This document shows, piece after piece, positions 1 through 5,989 of a stretch of DNA of 11,108 bases. How positions within the stretch are numbered: position 1 is the stretch's first letter; each line of letters begins with the position of its first letter. Source of the stretch: a virus. A model generated the notes under the pieces. It worked only from the letters and a program-made list of their open reading frames with translations, searched no databases and had not been told where the DNA came from. The stretch lies in UHGV virus genome UHGV-0246901; one strand, written 5' to 3'. Made by a program: the position numbers and the translations under genes.

Positions 1-28
1 GCTATCAGGACTTTTATATAAAAAGTTG

Positions 29-56
29 TTGACATAGAAAATTTGGTGAGTATACT
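29..56 (+). promoter_or_regulatory. sigma70-like promoter P1 (TTGACA 29-34, 16-nt spacer, TATACT 51-56)
   Basis: Near-consensus -35 and -10 hexamers with 16-nt spacing, upstream of the 299-1329 module; nearest upstream promoter-like sequence on this strand. Confidence 0.5.
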
Positions 57-86
57 GAGCAGCATAAACCAACGGGTACTCACCAG

Positions 87-125
87 CATCACTTAAGAGT
101 CTTCTCAGAGGGTTTTTAAGTGATG
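87..125 (+). repeat. IR-A copy 1: perfect 10-bp inverted repeat CATCACTTAA/TTAAGTGATG with 19-nt spacer
   Basis: Arms 87-96 and 116-125 are exact reverse complements. The spacer GAGTCTTCTCAGAGGGTTT can pair further (CUUC/GAGG inner stem). Near-identical copy at 1479-1517. About 30 nt downstream of the P1 -10 element, so near the 5' end of the predicted transcript. Confidence 0.7.
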
Positions 126-131
126 TGTAGC

Positions 132-223
132 CCGGTACGGTTTGGTACGGTAGTGTTCTGTGAGGTCGGGTAATGTAAGGTAAGGTATGGGTGGATGGTA
201 GTAGCCACATTAAAAATCTACCA
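132..223 (+). repeat. GT5-H unit 1: (NNGGT)n pentameric tract 132-191 plus stem-loop 196-223
   Basis: Eleven consecutive pentamers ending in GT (ccggt acggt ttggt acggt agtgt tctgt gaggt cgggt aatgt aaggt aaggt), then stem TGGTAG(196-201)/CTACCA(218-223) with loop TAGCCACATTAAAAAT. No ORF; period is 5, not 3. Confidence 0.7.
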
Positions 224-229
224 AGTTTC

Positions 230-258
230 TAAAGAGTCTTCTGTTGAGGGTTCTTTAC
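230..258 (+). repeat. third copy of AAGAGTCTTCT motif (variant with extra bases) ~40 nt upstream of the first CDS
   Basis: TAAAGAGTCTTCTGTTGAGGGTTCTTTAC matches the spacer of IR-A (TAAGAGTCTTCT..AGAGGGTTT) but lacks the flanking 10-bp arms. Confidence 0.4.
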
Positions 259-280
259 AAACAACTTAACAATCAACTAA

Positions 281-886
<606 letters not shown>

Positions 887-888
887 TT

Positions 889-1329
889 ATGAATACAAAA
901 GCATTAGCAGCAAAGTTTAGTTACGGTGACACTGTATCACATTCTGAGATGGACACCTTCTTAGGTATTGTGAAGCCAACTTATCAAGGTGACATTGTTA
1001 AGTACGAAGATGAAATGAAGGCTTATGCACTTACACGTCTAAACCGACTTGAGAAGTTTATTGAAAAGCTTCTTAAAGAAGAGAAGATTTATCTGGTTGC
1101 TTCAATGGGTGTTGGTTATCGTGTGGTTGAACCTAAGCATCAAGCAACTATTGCAAAACGTAAAATGTCTGGTAAGATTGGTCGTGCTTTAAAGCAAGCC
1201 ACTCAAGCAATTGAGAATGTGAATACTATGGCACTTAGTCATCAAGAACGTTCACGACTGATTGAACAGCAAAACCATTTAGCTGCTATGAAAGCTAACA
1301 TTAACAAGCAACGTAGAAAACCTTTCTAA
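889..1329 (+). CDS. hypothetical protein (146 aa, basic C-terminus)
   Basis: ATG two nt after the upstream stop (translational coupling); consistent codon usage; followed directly by an intrinsic terminator. Confidence 0.7.
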   Translation: MNTKALAAKFSYGDTVSHSEMDTFLGIVKPTYQGDIVKYEDEMKAYALTRLNRLEKFIEKLLKEEKIYLVASMGVGYRVVEPKHQATIAKRKMSGKIGRALKQATQAIENVNTMALSHQERSRLIEQQNHLAAMKANINKQRRKPF

Positions 1330-1337
1330 GTTGACTA

Positions 1338-1363
1338 GGAAGCCTCTTCGGAGGCTCCTTTTT
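1338..1363 (+). terminator. rho-independent terminator T1
   Basis: GC-rich stem AGCCTC(1341-1346)/GAGGCT(1351-1356) with TTCG tetraloop, followed by CC and T5 (1359-1363), immediately after the stop of 889-1329. Confidence 0.7.
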
Positions 1364-1390
1364 AAAAGGTCTTTAAACAGGGTCTTTTAA
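1359..1390 (+). repeat. M motif copy 1: TTTTTAAAAGGTCTTTAAACAGGGTCTTTTAA (tandem GGTCTTT)
   Basis: GGTCTTT at 1368-1374 and 1381-1387; whole 32-mer repeated at 1609-1640 with one indel and one substitution; in both copies it starts at the T-run that follows a hairpin. Confidence 0.55.
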
Positions 1391-1391
1391 T

Positions 1392-1478
1392 AAGGTAGGA
1401 TAGGGTGGTGTATGGTTTGGTAAGGTTGTGTAAGGTAAGGTATGGGTAGTTAATCGGAGCTACATTAAAATTCGATTA
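1392..1478 (+). repeat. GT5-H unit 2: pentameric tract 1392-1441 plus stem-loop 1451-1478
   Basis: Ten phased pentamers, nine ending GT; stem TAATCG(1451-1456)/CGATTA(1473-1478), loop GAGCTACATTAAAATT. Stem sequence differs completely from unit 1 but pairing is preserved. Confidence 0.7.
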
Positions 1479-1517
1479 CATCACTTAAGAGTCTTCTAAG
1501 AGGATTTTTAAGTGATG
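1479..1517 (+). repeat. IR-A copy 2: CATCACTTAA / 19 nt / TTAAGTGATG
   Basis: Arms 1479-1488 and 1508-1517 identical to copy 1; spacer GAGTCTTCTAAGAGGATTT differs at 2 positions, one of which converts a G-U to an A-U pair in the inner helix. Confidence 0.7.
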
Positions 1518-1528
1518 TGGGGCGAGGC

Positions 1529-1608
1529 TCGGTGAGGTGGGCTAAGGTATAGCGCGGTGTTGTTCGGTATGGGTAGTTAGTCTCAGCTACATTAAAATGA
1601 GACTTACC
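1529..1608 (+). repeat. GT5-H unit 3: degenerate pentameric tract 1529-1568 plus stem-loop 1572-1608
   Basis: Same 5-nt phase but only about 6 of 10 pentamers end in GT; stem AGTCTCA(1579-1585)/TGAGACT(1598-1604) with outer GGTA/TACC, loop GCTACATTAAAA; followed by T5, so this copy is terminator-like. Confidence 0.6.
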
Positions 1609-1640
1609 TTTTTAAAAGGTCTTTAAAAGGGTCTTTTAAC
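1609..1640 (+). repeat. M motif copy 2: TTTTTAAAAGGTCTTTAAAAGGGTCTTTTAAC
   Basis: GGTCTTT at 1618-1624 and 1630-1636; near-identical to 1359-1390. Confidence 0.55.
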
Positions 1641-1732
1641 AAGGTATTGTATGGTGTAGTTTGGTTAGGTATGGTTAGGTGTGGTAAGGTAAGGTATGGA
1701 AGGATGGCAGTAGCCTTATAAAAAATCTGCCA
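1641..1732 (+). repeat. GT5-H unit 4: (NNGGT)11 tract 1641-1695 plus stem-loop 1705-1732
   Basis: Eleven consecutive pentamers all ending GT (aaggt attgt atggt gtagt ttggt taggt atggt taggt gtggt aaggt aaggt); stem TGGCAG(1705-1710)/CTGCCA(1727-1732), loop TAGCCTTATAAAAAAT. Confidence 0.7.
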
Positions 1733-1750
1733 AATAAGCTATAAAATCTG

Positions 1751-1785
1751 TTGACAAGTCAGGTGTTATAGCTTATTTTTATACT
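1751..1785 (+). promoter_or_regulatory. candidate sigma70-like promoter P2 (TTGACA 1751-1756; -10 TATTTT 1774-1779 at 17 nt, or TATACT 1780-1785 at 23 nt)
   Basis: Consensus -35 hexamer in the same TG-TTGACA context as P1, but no consensus -10 at correct spacing; sits ~40 nt upstream of the operon starting at 1824. Confidence 0.35.
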
Positions 1786-1823
1786 CAATGTAATACAAAA
1801 TTTAATATAACTTTGAGGTCGTT

Positions 1824-2207
1824 ATGAAAAAGATTTTATTAGCTGCTGCAATGGTTATGGCAATGAATTTACCAGTCAATGCAACAGAACTTCCAAATGT
1901 GGACTTATCAGGTGTTCCAGAAGATACTTGCCAGATTGTTAAAGGTGTTGCTCTAGCTAATGGTGAGCTACTTAAACCAATCTCTGAAGAGTCTTTGACA
2001 GAGATGACTGATAAGGTGACTGACTACCAGTATCGTGTTCTTGCAGAGTATTTCCTGCAATCTGCAAACATTAAAGAGAAACACCATGACGATATTGATG
2101 TACAGGCGATGCTCAACCACCGTATCCAGTTTAAAGAAGATTTGATGCAAAAAGCTATGTATGGTGTGGAGTATTTCTTAGAAAACAGAAGCTGCACAGG
2201 TATTTGA
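1824..2207 (+). CDS. small secreted/periplasmic protein (127 aa, predicted signal peptide)
   Basis: GAGG ~5 nt upstream of ATG; N-terminus MKKILLAAAMVMAMNLPVNA has a basic n-region, hydrophobic core and AXA-like VNA cleavage site; mature part ~105 aa with two Cys. Confidence 0.75.
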   Translation: MKKILLAAAMVMAMNLPVNATELPNVDLSGVPEDTCQIVKGVALANGELLKPISEESLTEMTDKVTDYQYRVLAEYFLQSANIKEKHHDDIDVQAMLNHRIQFKEDLMQKAMYGVEYFLENRSCTGI

Positions 2208-2208
2208 T

Positions 2209-2421
2209 ATGGCTCTTAAAAAGTTACATCCCAGAAGCGGTTATGGTAAGATAATTGACGATACAGACGGATTTACAGTCTTTACAGTTATCTGTCAAGA
2301 TGATTCACAGATTGAAAAGGCTCTTGATGATTATCTTAATGATGAACGTGAAAAGGTTAGGGCTACAAACATAGATTCATTGATTGACACTTCACGCAAA
2401 CGGAAGAAGAAAGATGAATGA
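2209..2421 (+). CDS. hypothetical small protein (70 aa, lysine-rich C-terminus)
   Basis: ATG 2 nt after upstream stop; overlaps the next gene. Confidence 0.5.
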   Translation: MALKKLHPRSGYGKIIDDTDGFTVFTVICQDDSQIEKALDDYLNDEREKVRATNIDSLIDTSRKRKKKDE

Positions 2422-2713
2422 GGTTTTTGACCCTTATGCCCCACAAGATGATTGGGAGGCTGATAGAGAGGCTGAAATGGAGAGTTATATTTGTCCAATG
2501 GATGTAGACGAAATGAGAGACTTCGTTGCACATCGTTTTAAGAGAGAGATTAAATCCAGAGGTCTTTCTCAAGAGCAAGTTGCTAAAATTTGTGGTATCT
2601 CTCAGGCTCGTGTATCCAACATAATCCATCTCACTGGTAACGTCTCCCTTGAGTATATGTTGGAAGTATGTGAAAAATTTGGTGTTAATTTCAATTTAAG
2701 GTTGGCAGATTAA
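2414..2713 (+). CDS. XRE (Cro/C1)-type helix-turn-helix DNA-binding protein
   Basis: Contains RGLSQEQVAKICGISQARVSNI, a canonical XRE-family HTH. Track ORF starts at 2384; ATG 2414 (MNEVF..., purine-rich upstream, 8-nt overlap with previous ORF) is an equally plausible start, so the 5' end is uncertain. Confidence 0.7.
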   Translation: MNEVFDPYAPQDDWEADREAEMESYICPMDVDEMRDFVAHRFKREIKSRGLSQEQVAKICGISQARVSNIIHLTGNVSLEYMLEVCEKFGVNFNLRLAD

Positions 2714-2714
2714 T

Positions 2715-3074
2715 ATGAAACGTGAAAACATTATCCACTCTGAAAACTTCGCATTAGGCTTTTATGGCGTACCAACTCACCTTGAAAAGTATTATGGTGT
2801 GAAGATTCTCTCCAATCTCATTATGGCTTACAAAGATGGTAAGATTAAGCATACTGAGAAGAAACGTGTCATGGGCTATATGGCTGTAGGTTCAGCAATC
2901 TCGAACATTAAGCTGGAAACAACTAGCAGTCAGATTGTGAAAGACCACTTCATCAAAGAGCTTTACCAGAATCTTGATGGTGTAGATGTTCAGGCTGTTT
3001 GGTTGGATGTTGATGGTCACAACTACACAAGCTTCGTTTTCAAAAACGATGACATTAAGTGTCTGTTCCCATAA
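2715..3074 (+). CDS. hypothetical protein (119 aa)
   Basis: ATG one nt after upstream TAA (coupled); no recognisable motif. Confidence 0.7.
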   Translation: MKRENIIHSENFALGFYGVPTHLEKYYGVKILSNLIMAYKDGKIKHTEKKRVMGYMAVGSAISNIKLETTSSQIVKDHFIKELYQNLDGVDVQAVWLDVDGHNYTSFVFKNDDIKCLFP

Positions 3075-3087
3075 TAGGTGATTAACT

Positions 3088-3603
3088 ATGATTGATATCT
3101 ACTTACAAGATGCTCATGCAGATTTCCTTAAAACGATGCTTAAAAAGTTTATGGCTTCACAGGGTGATAATGAAGCATCTTTTAAAATAGTCACATGTGG
3201 CGACGAAGCTGGTTTTGTTGAGATTGAGCATGAAGGTACTGGAAAGACTGTTTGTAAGTTACCTGATAGCATGTTCTCTAACACGTTCTTAACGAAGACT
3301 AGTATAAATGTTAAGCTTGTTCCTCAGATTGAAACATACTCTGGTACAGATTACCCTAAAGGCTTTAAGTCACTGATGAAGCACTTCTTAGATGACTTTG
3401 TAAGTAATCTTCTTAGTGAGGTAACAGAAAGCCGTACAATATTAACTGTAGAGAATATCGGAGGAACTATCAGGATTACTTCTGACCGCTACTCTATGAG
3501 TCTCTTCGACTTCGTTCCTAAGAACTTTGATGGTGTTCTGGATGAAGAAGATGACTGTGTAGACTTTATATTGGTTCTTGAACCAGTTTTTGAGGTTAAA
3601 TAA
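3088..3603 (+). CDS. hypothetical acidic protein (171 aa)
   Basis: AGGTGA Shine-Dalgarno ~6 nt upstream; uninterrupted ORF in operon context. Confidence 0.7.
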   Translation: MIDIYLQDAHADFLKTMLKKFMASQGDNEASFKIVTCGDEAGFVEIEHEGTGKTVCKLPDSMFSNTFLTKTSINVKLVPQIETYSGTDYPKGFKSLMKHFLDDFVSNLLSEVTESRTILTVENIGGTIRITSDRYSMSLFDFVPKNFDGVLDEEDDCVDFILVLEPVFEVK

Positions 3604-3864
3604 ATGAAAATTGAACACTGCTATGAGTCTGACGGAACACCTATCCGTTGTCCACATTGTGGGTGTACAGACTTGCAAGGTGAAGTTCATGTGATTGTTA
3701 ATGGTCATATAGCTGAAGAAAGTACTACATGTGTTGGTTGTGGTGAGCAACTATCATTCTGGGCTTATGGTTCATACCAACCTGCACCACACTTAATCTA
3801 CCATAGCAATAAAGCTGTGAAGAATGTTATCAACTGGTTTATTAAGAAAGGATTTACAAAATGA
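3604..3864 (+). CDS. zinc-ribbon-like small protein (86 aa)
   Basis: TAAATG junction with upstream gene; two CxxC pairs (CPHC and CVGC) ~26 aa apart; stop overlaps frd start (ATGA). Confidence 0.7.
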   Translation: MKIEHCYESDGTPIRCPHCGCTDLQGEVHVIVNGHIAEESTTCVGCGEQLSFWAYGSYQPAPHLIYHSNKAVKNVINWFIKKGFTK

Positions 3865-4406
3865 TTAAATTAATCTTTGCAAGTGGTGAAAATGGTGAGT
3901 TTGGTACTCCAACTGGTATGCCGTGGCCTCGACATAAGCAAGATATGCAAGAGTTTAAGAGACTCACTAAAAACAACTTAGTAGTGATGGGTAATGAGAC
4001 TTTCAAGACTCTGGGTAGTAAACCTTTACCAGAACGTGCAAACCTCATCTTAACAAACTCTGTACCATACTTAGGCATAGACTTTGGCAAAGATGAGGTA
4101 ATGTATGCTAAGGCCAGCAAAGAATCCTTTGGAGCATTTTTGAAGTATCTCGATAGCTCTATTGATGAAGATATCTTTGTAATTGGTGGTGCAGGTGTCC
4201 TTGTCAATGCTTTACCATATGCTGGTGTAGTTTTCCATACAGTTTTCCATAAAGTTACTGAAGAGGCCACTGTGTATTTACCTTTTGAAAACTTCTTTGA
4301 GAAGCTGTATGATAACCGTGTATTTACAAAGGTACAGTCAAAACCATCAGAGGATGGTAAAGCAACCTTTGAAATTTATGTTCCACAAGTAAAAGGACAC
4401 TTTTGA
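3861..4406 (+). CDS. frd: dihydrofolate reductase
   Basis: N-terminal MIKLIFA, MPW, FKRLT, VVMG..TF..LG..PLP.R.N.IL and IGG motifs align with bacterial FolA and phage T4 Frd; directly upstream of thymidylate synthase as in T4. Confidence 0.9.
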   Translation: MIKLIFASGENGEFGTPTGMPWPRHKQDMQEFKRLTKNNLVVMGNETFKTLGSKPLPERANLILTNSVPYLGIDFGKDEVMYAKASKESFGAFLKYLDSSIDEDIFVIGGAGVLVNALPYAGVVFHTVFHKVTEEATVYLPFENFFEKLYDNRVFTKVQSKPSEDGKATFEIYVPQVKGHF

Positions 4407-4407
4407 T

Positions 4408-5307
4408 ATGTCACAAGCAGATACAAGTTACAAAAATATCCTGAACCATGTTTTATCCGTTGGTGAACTGCGTACTACAAGAACTGGAGATGTTATCTCT
4501 GCATTTGCTCCACCACAGTTTCGCTTTGATATGCGTACTGGTTTTCCACTCTTAACATCTAAACAGGTGTTTACACGGCAAGTTATTGGGGAAGCTTTAT
4601 GGTTCCTGAACGGTGAGAATAAGCTTGGTGAACTTCGTTACCGTACTTGGGGTGAAAATGATGGGGAACGCTGGACTATCTGGTCAGATGATTTTAAACG
4701 CTGGTTAAGCTCTAATTATTCCTCTGAACAAGACTGGTTAGAGGATGCAGGTGGTAGAATCTACGGGGTTCAGTGGAGAAACTTTGAGGGTCATAATGGT
4801 TGTGTTGTAGACCAGTTAGAAACCTTAGTAACGAAGATGAAAGGTGATATCACAGACCGTTACATGCTTGTTAATGCTTGGAATGCAGCAGATATTTCAG
4901 CTAACTCGATGGCTTTAGCACCTTGCCATGTTCTGTTTCAGATTTATATCACTAATGAAGGTGAAGTTGACTTACAATGGTATCAGCGTTCTGTAGACAC
5001 CTTTTTAGGACTTCCGTTTAATATTGCGTCTTATGGCTTCATCTTAGAAGTTCTTTGTAAGATGACTGGATACACTCCACGATACTTGATAGGTGTCTTT
5101 GGAGATACTCAGATTTATCATAACCATATGAAGCAGGTCTATGAACTGATGAACAATGAAGAGTTTCATGCACCTACTTTTGAGATTGGTGTACAGCTTA
5201 ACACTTTAAGTGACTTAAAACATCTTACTGCAAGTGACTTTATTGGTGGAATTATCAACTACCAACATGCAGGGAAGATTGAAGCACCTCTGTCAGTAGG
5301 CAAGTAA
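4408..5307 (+). CDS. td: thymidylate synthase (ThyA type)
   Basis: RTGD, LWFLNG, NAWN, ALAPCH (catalytic Cys), QRS.D.FLGLPFNIASY and GDTQIYHNH motifs match ThyA-family thymidylate synthase; ORF is uninterrupted. Confidence 0.95.
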   Translation: MSQADTSYKNILNHVLSVGELRTTRTGDVISAFAPPQFRFDMRTGFPLLTSKQVFTRQVIGEALWFLNGENKLGELRYRTWGENDGERWTIWSDDFKRWLSSNYSSEQDWLEDAGGRIYGVQWRNFEGHNGCVVDQLETLVTKMKGDITDRYMLVNAWNAADISANSMALAPCHVLFQIYITNEGEVDLQWYQRSVDTFLGLPFNIASYGFILEVLCKMTGYTPRYLIGVFGDTQIYHNHMKQVYELMNNEEFHAPTFEIGVQLNTLSDLKHLTASDFIGGIINYQHAGKIEAPLSVGK

Positions 5308-5350
5308 AACAAAAAAGGCTCCCGTAAAAAGGAGCCTTAAACTTTATTTT
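5305..5350. terminator. bidirectional rho-independent terminator between convergent operons
   Basis: Stem AAGGCTCC(5315-5322)/GGAGCCTT(5331-5338), 8-nt loop. On the minus strand it is followed by a long T-run (complement of A-rich 5305-5314), a strong terminator for the gene ending at 5344; on the plus strand followed by AAACTTTATTTTT (weaker). Confidence 0.7.
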
Positions 5351-5715
5351 TCAGTATTCTTTGTGTTCTTTTCAGTAATAGCTTGGAGGGCTGATACTGA
5401 TTGAGCCAGATTGTTCACACTGTCAGAAAATTTATCAAGAGTTTTGGTAAGTTTTGCGTTTTCACCCTTAACATTCTCTAACTGAACTTTCTGGTTCTCC
5501 ATCCCTAGCTGAATCAGTCTCATGTCAGACTGTAAATCACGAATAGCTGAATAGTTACTTTTGGAATAATTATCCAACTGCTGTAACTTTGTTGTGACAG
5601 ACACTTCTTGTTTACCACTTGAAACTTGCATCGTGGTATACATCCCAATAACACTAAAAATACCAACTACAATTGCACCAATATTATTTTTAAAAGCTTC
5701 CTCTAGCCACTTCAT
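5344..5715 (-). CDS. membrane-anchored coiled-coil protein (123 aa); possible i-spanin-like or holin/exclusion-type protein
   Basis: N-terminal hydrophobic helix IGAIVVGIFSVIGMYTT followed by Q/L/N/K-rich heptad-like sequence; strong SD GGGGGAG; TAAATG junction with upstream gene. Function is a guess from topology only. Confidence 0.65.
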   Translation of the reverse strand: MKWLEEAFKNNIGAIVVGIFSVIGMYTTMQVSSGKQEVSVTTKLQQLDNYSKSNYSAIRDLQSDMRLIQLGMENQKVQLENVKGENAKLTKTLDKFSDSVNNLAQSVSALQAITEKNTKNTEK

Positions 5716-5910
5716 TTATTTCTCCCCCTTAAAAGCTTTTTCTAAGTTATCTACGAACTCATCATCAATAGGTGTGTCTGTTTTACTCGCAAGGTATCTT
5801 GCAAGCCTAAAGAACACTTTCTCAATCATGTATTCACTTAGAAGGGATAAAATGAGTTTCCAGAAGAAGCTACCTAGATTTTTTAGAAGAATTGCTAGGA
5901 TTGTAGGCAT
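5716..5910 (-). CDS. small membrane protein (64 aa); possible holin-like
   Basis: Hydrophobic segment ILAILLKNLGSFFWKLILSLL and acidic C-terminus; SD GAGGTG ~5 nt upstream; first gene after a sigma70-like promoter. Confidence 0.55.
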   Translation of the reverse strand: MPTILAILLKNLGSFFWKLILSLLSEYMIEKVFFRLARYLASKTDTPIDDEFVDNLEKAFKGEK

Positions 5911-5953
5911 TTAATCACCTCATCAGCCAAGATGGTGAGAATACCCATAAAGA

Positions 5954-5982
5954 ATATTAACACCATCTTAACAATCAGTCAA
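5954..5982 (-). promoter_or_regulatory. sigma70-like promoter on minus strand (TTGACT, 17-nt spacer, TAATAT)
   Basis: Reverse complement of 5977-5982 is TTGACT and of 5954-5959 is TAATAT, 17 nt apart; lies in the 64-bp gap between the tail-fibre gene and the small membrane-protein genes. A 7-bp inverted repeat GATGGTG(5931-5937)/CACCATC(5961-5967) overlaps it. Confidence 0.5.
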
Positions 5983-5989
5983 CAAGGGA

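Noticed and set aside
1968-2150. 60-aa minus-strand ORF inside the secreted-protein gene
   Set aside because: Antisense to a gene with clear start context and signal peptide; shadow ORF.
2331-2629. Two overlapping minus-strand ORFs (66 and 88 aa) across the HTH gene
   Set aside because: Antisense to the XRE-HTH gene whose motif is recognisable; overlapping each other in different frames; no supporting signals.
3442-4270. Minus-strand ORFs of 102 aa (3442-3750) and 138 aa (3854-4270)
   Set aside because: The second lies antisense within the DHFR gene, whose identity is clear from motifs; the first is antisense to the coupled plus-strand genes; both treated as shadow ORFs.
4408-5307. Group I intron in td, as in phage T4
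   Set aside because: The thymidylate synthase frame is continuous through all conserved motifs; no insertion is present.
5594-5914. 106-aa plus-strand ORF overlapping the two small minus-strand membrane-protein genes
   Set aside because: The minus-strand genes have strong SD sequences, a promoter and a terminator in the correct orientation; the plus-strand ORF has none and would run against the terminator; the choice remains somewhat uncertain without expression data.
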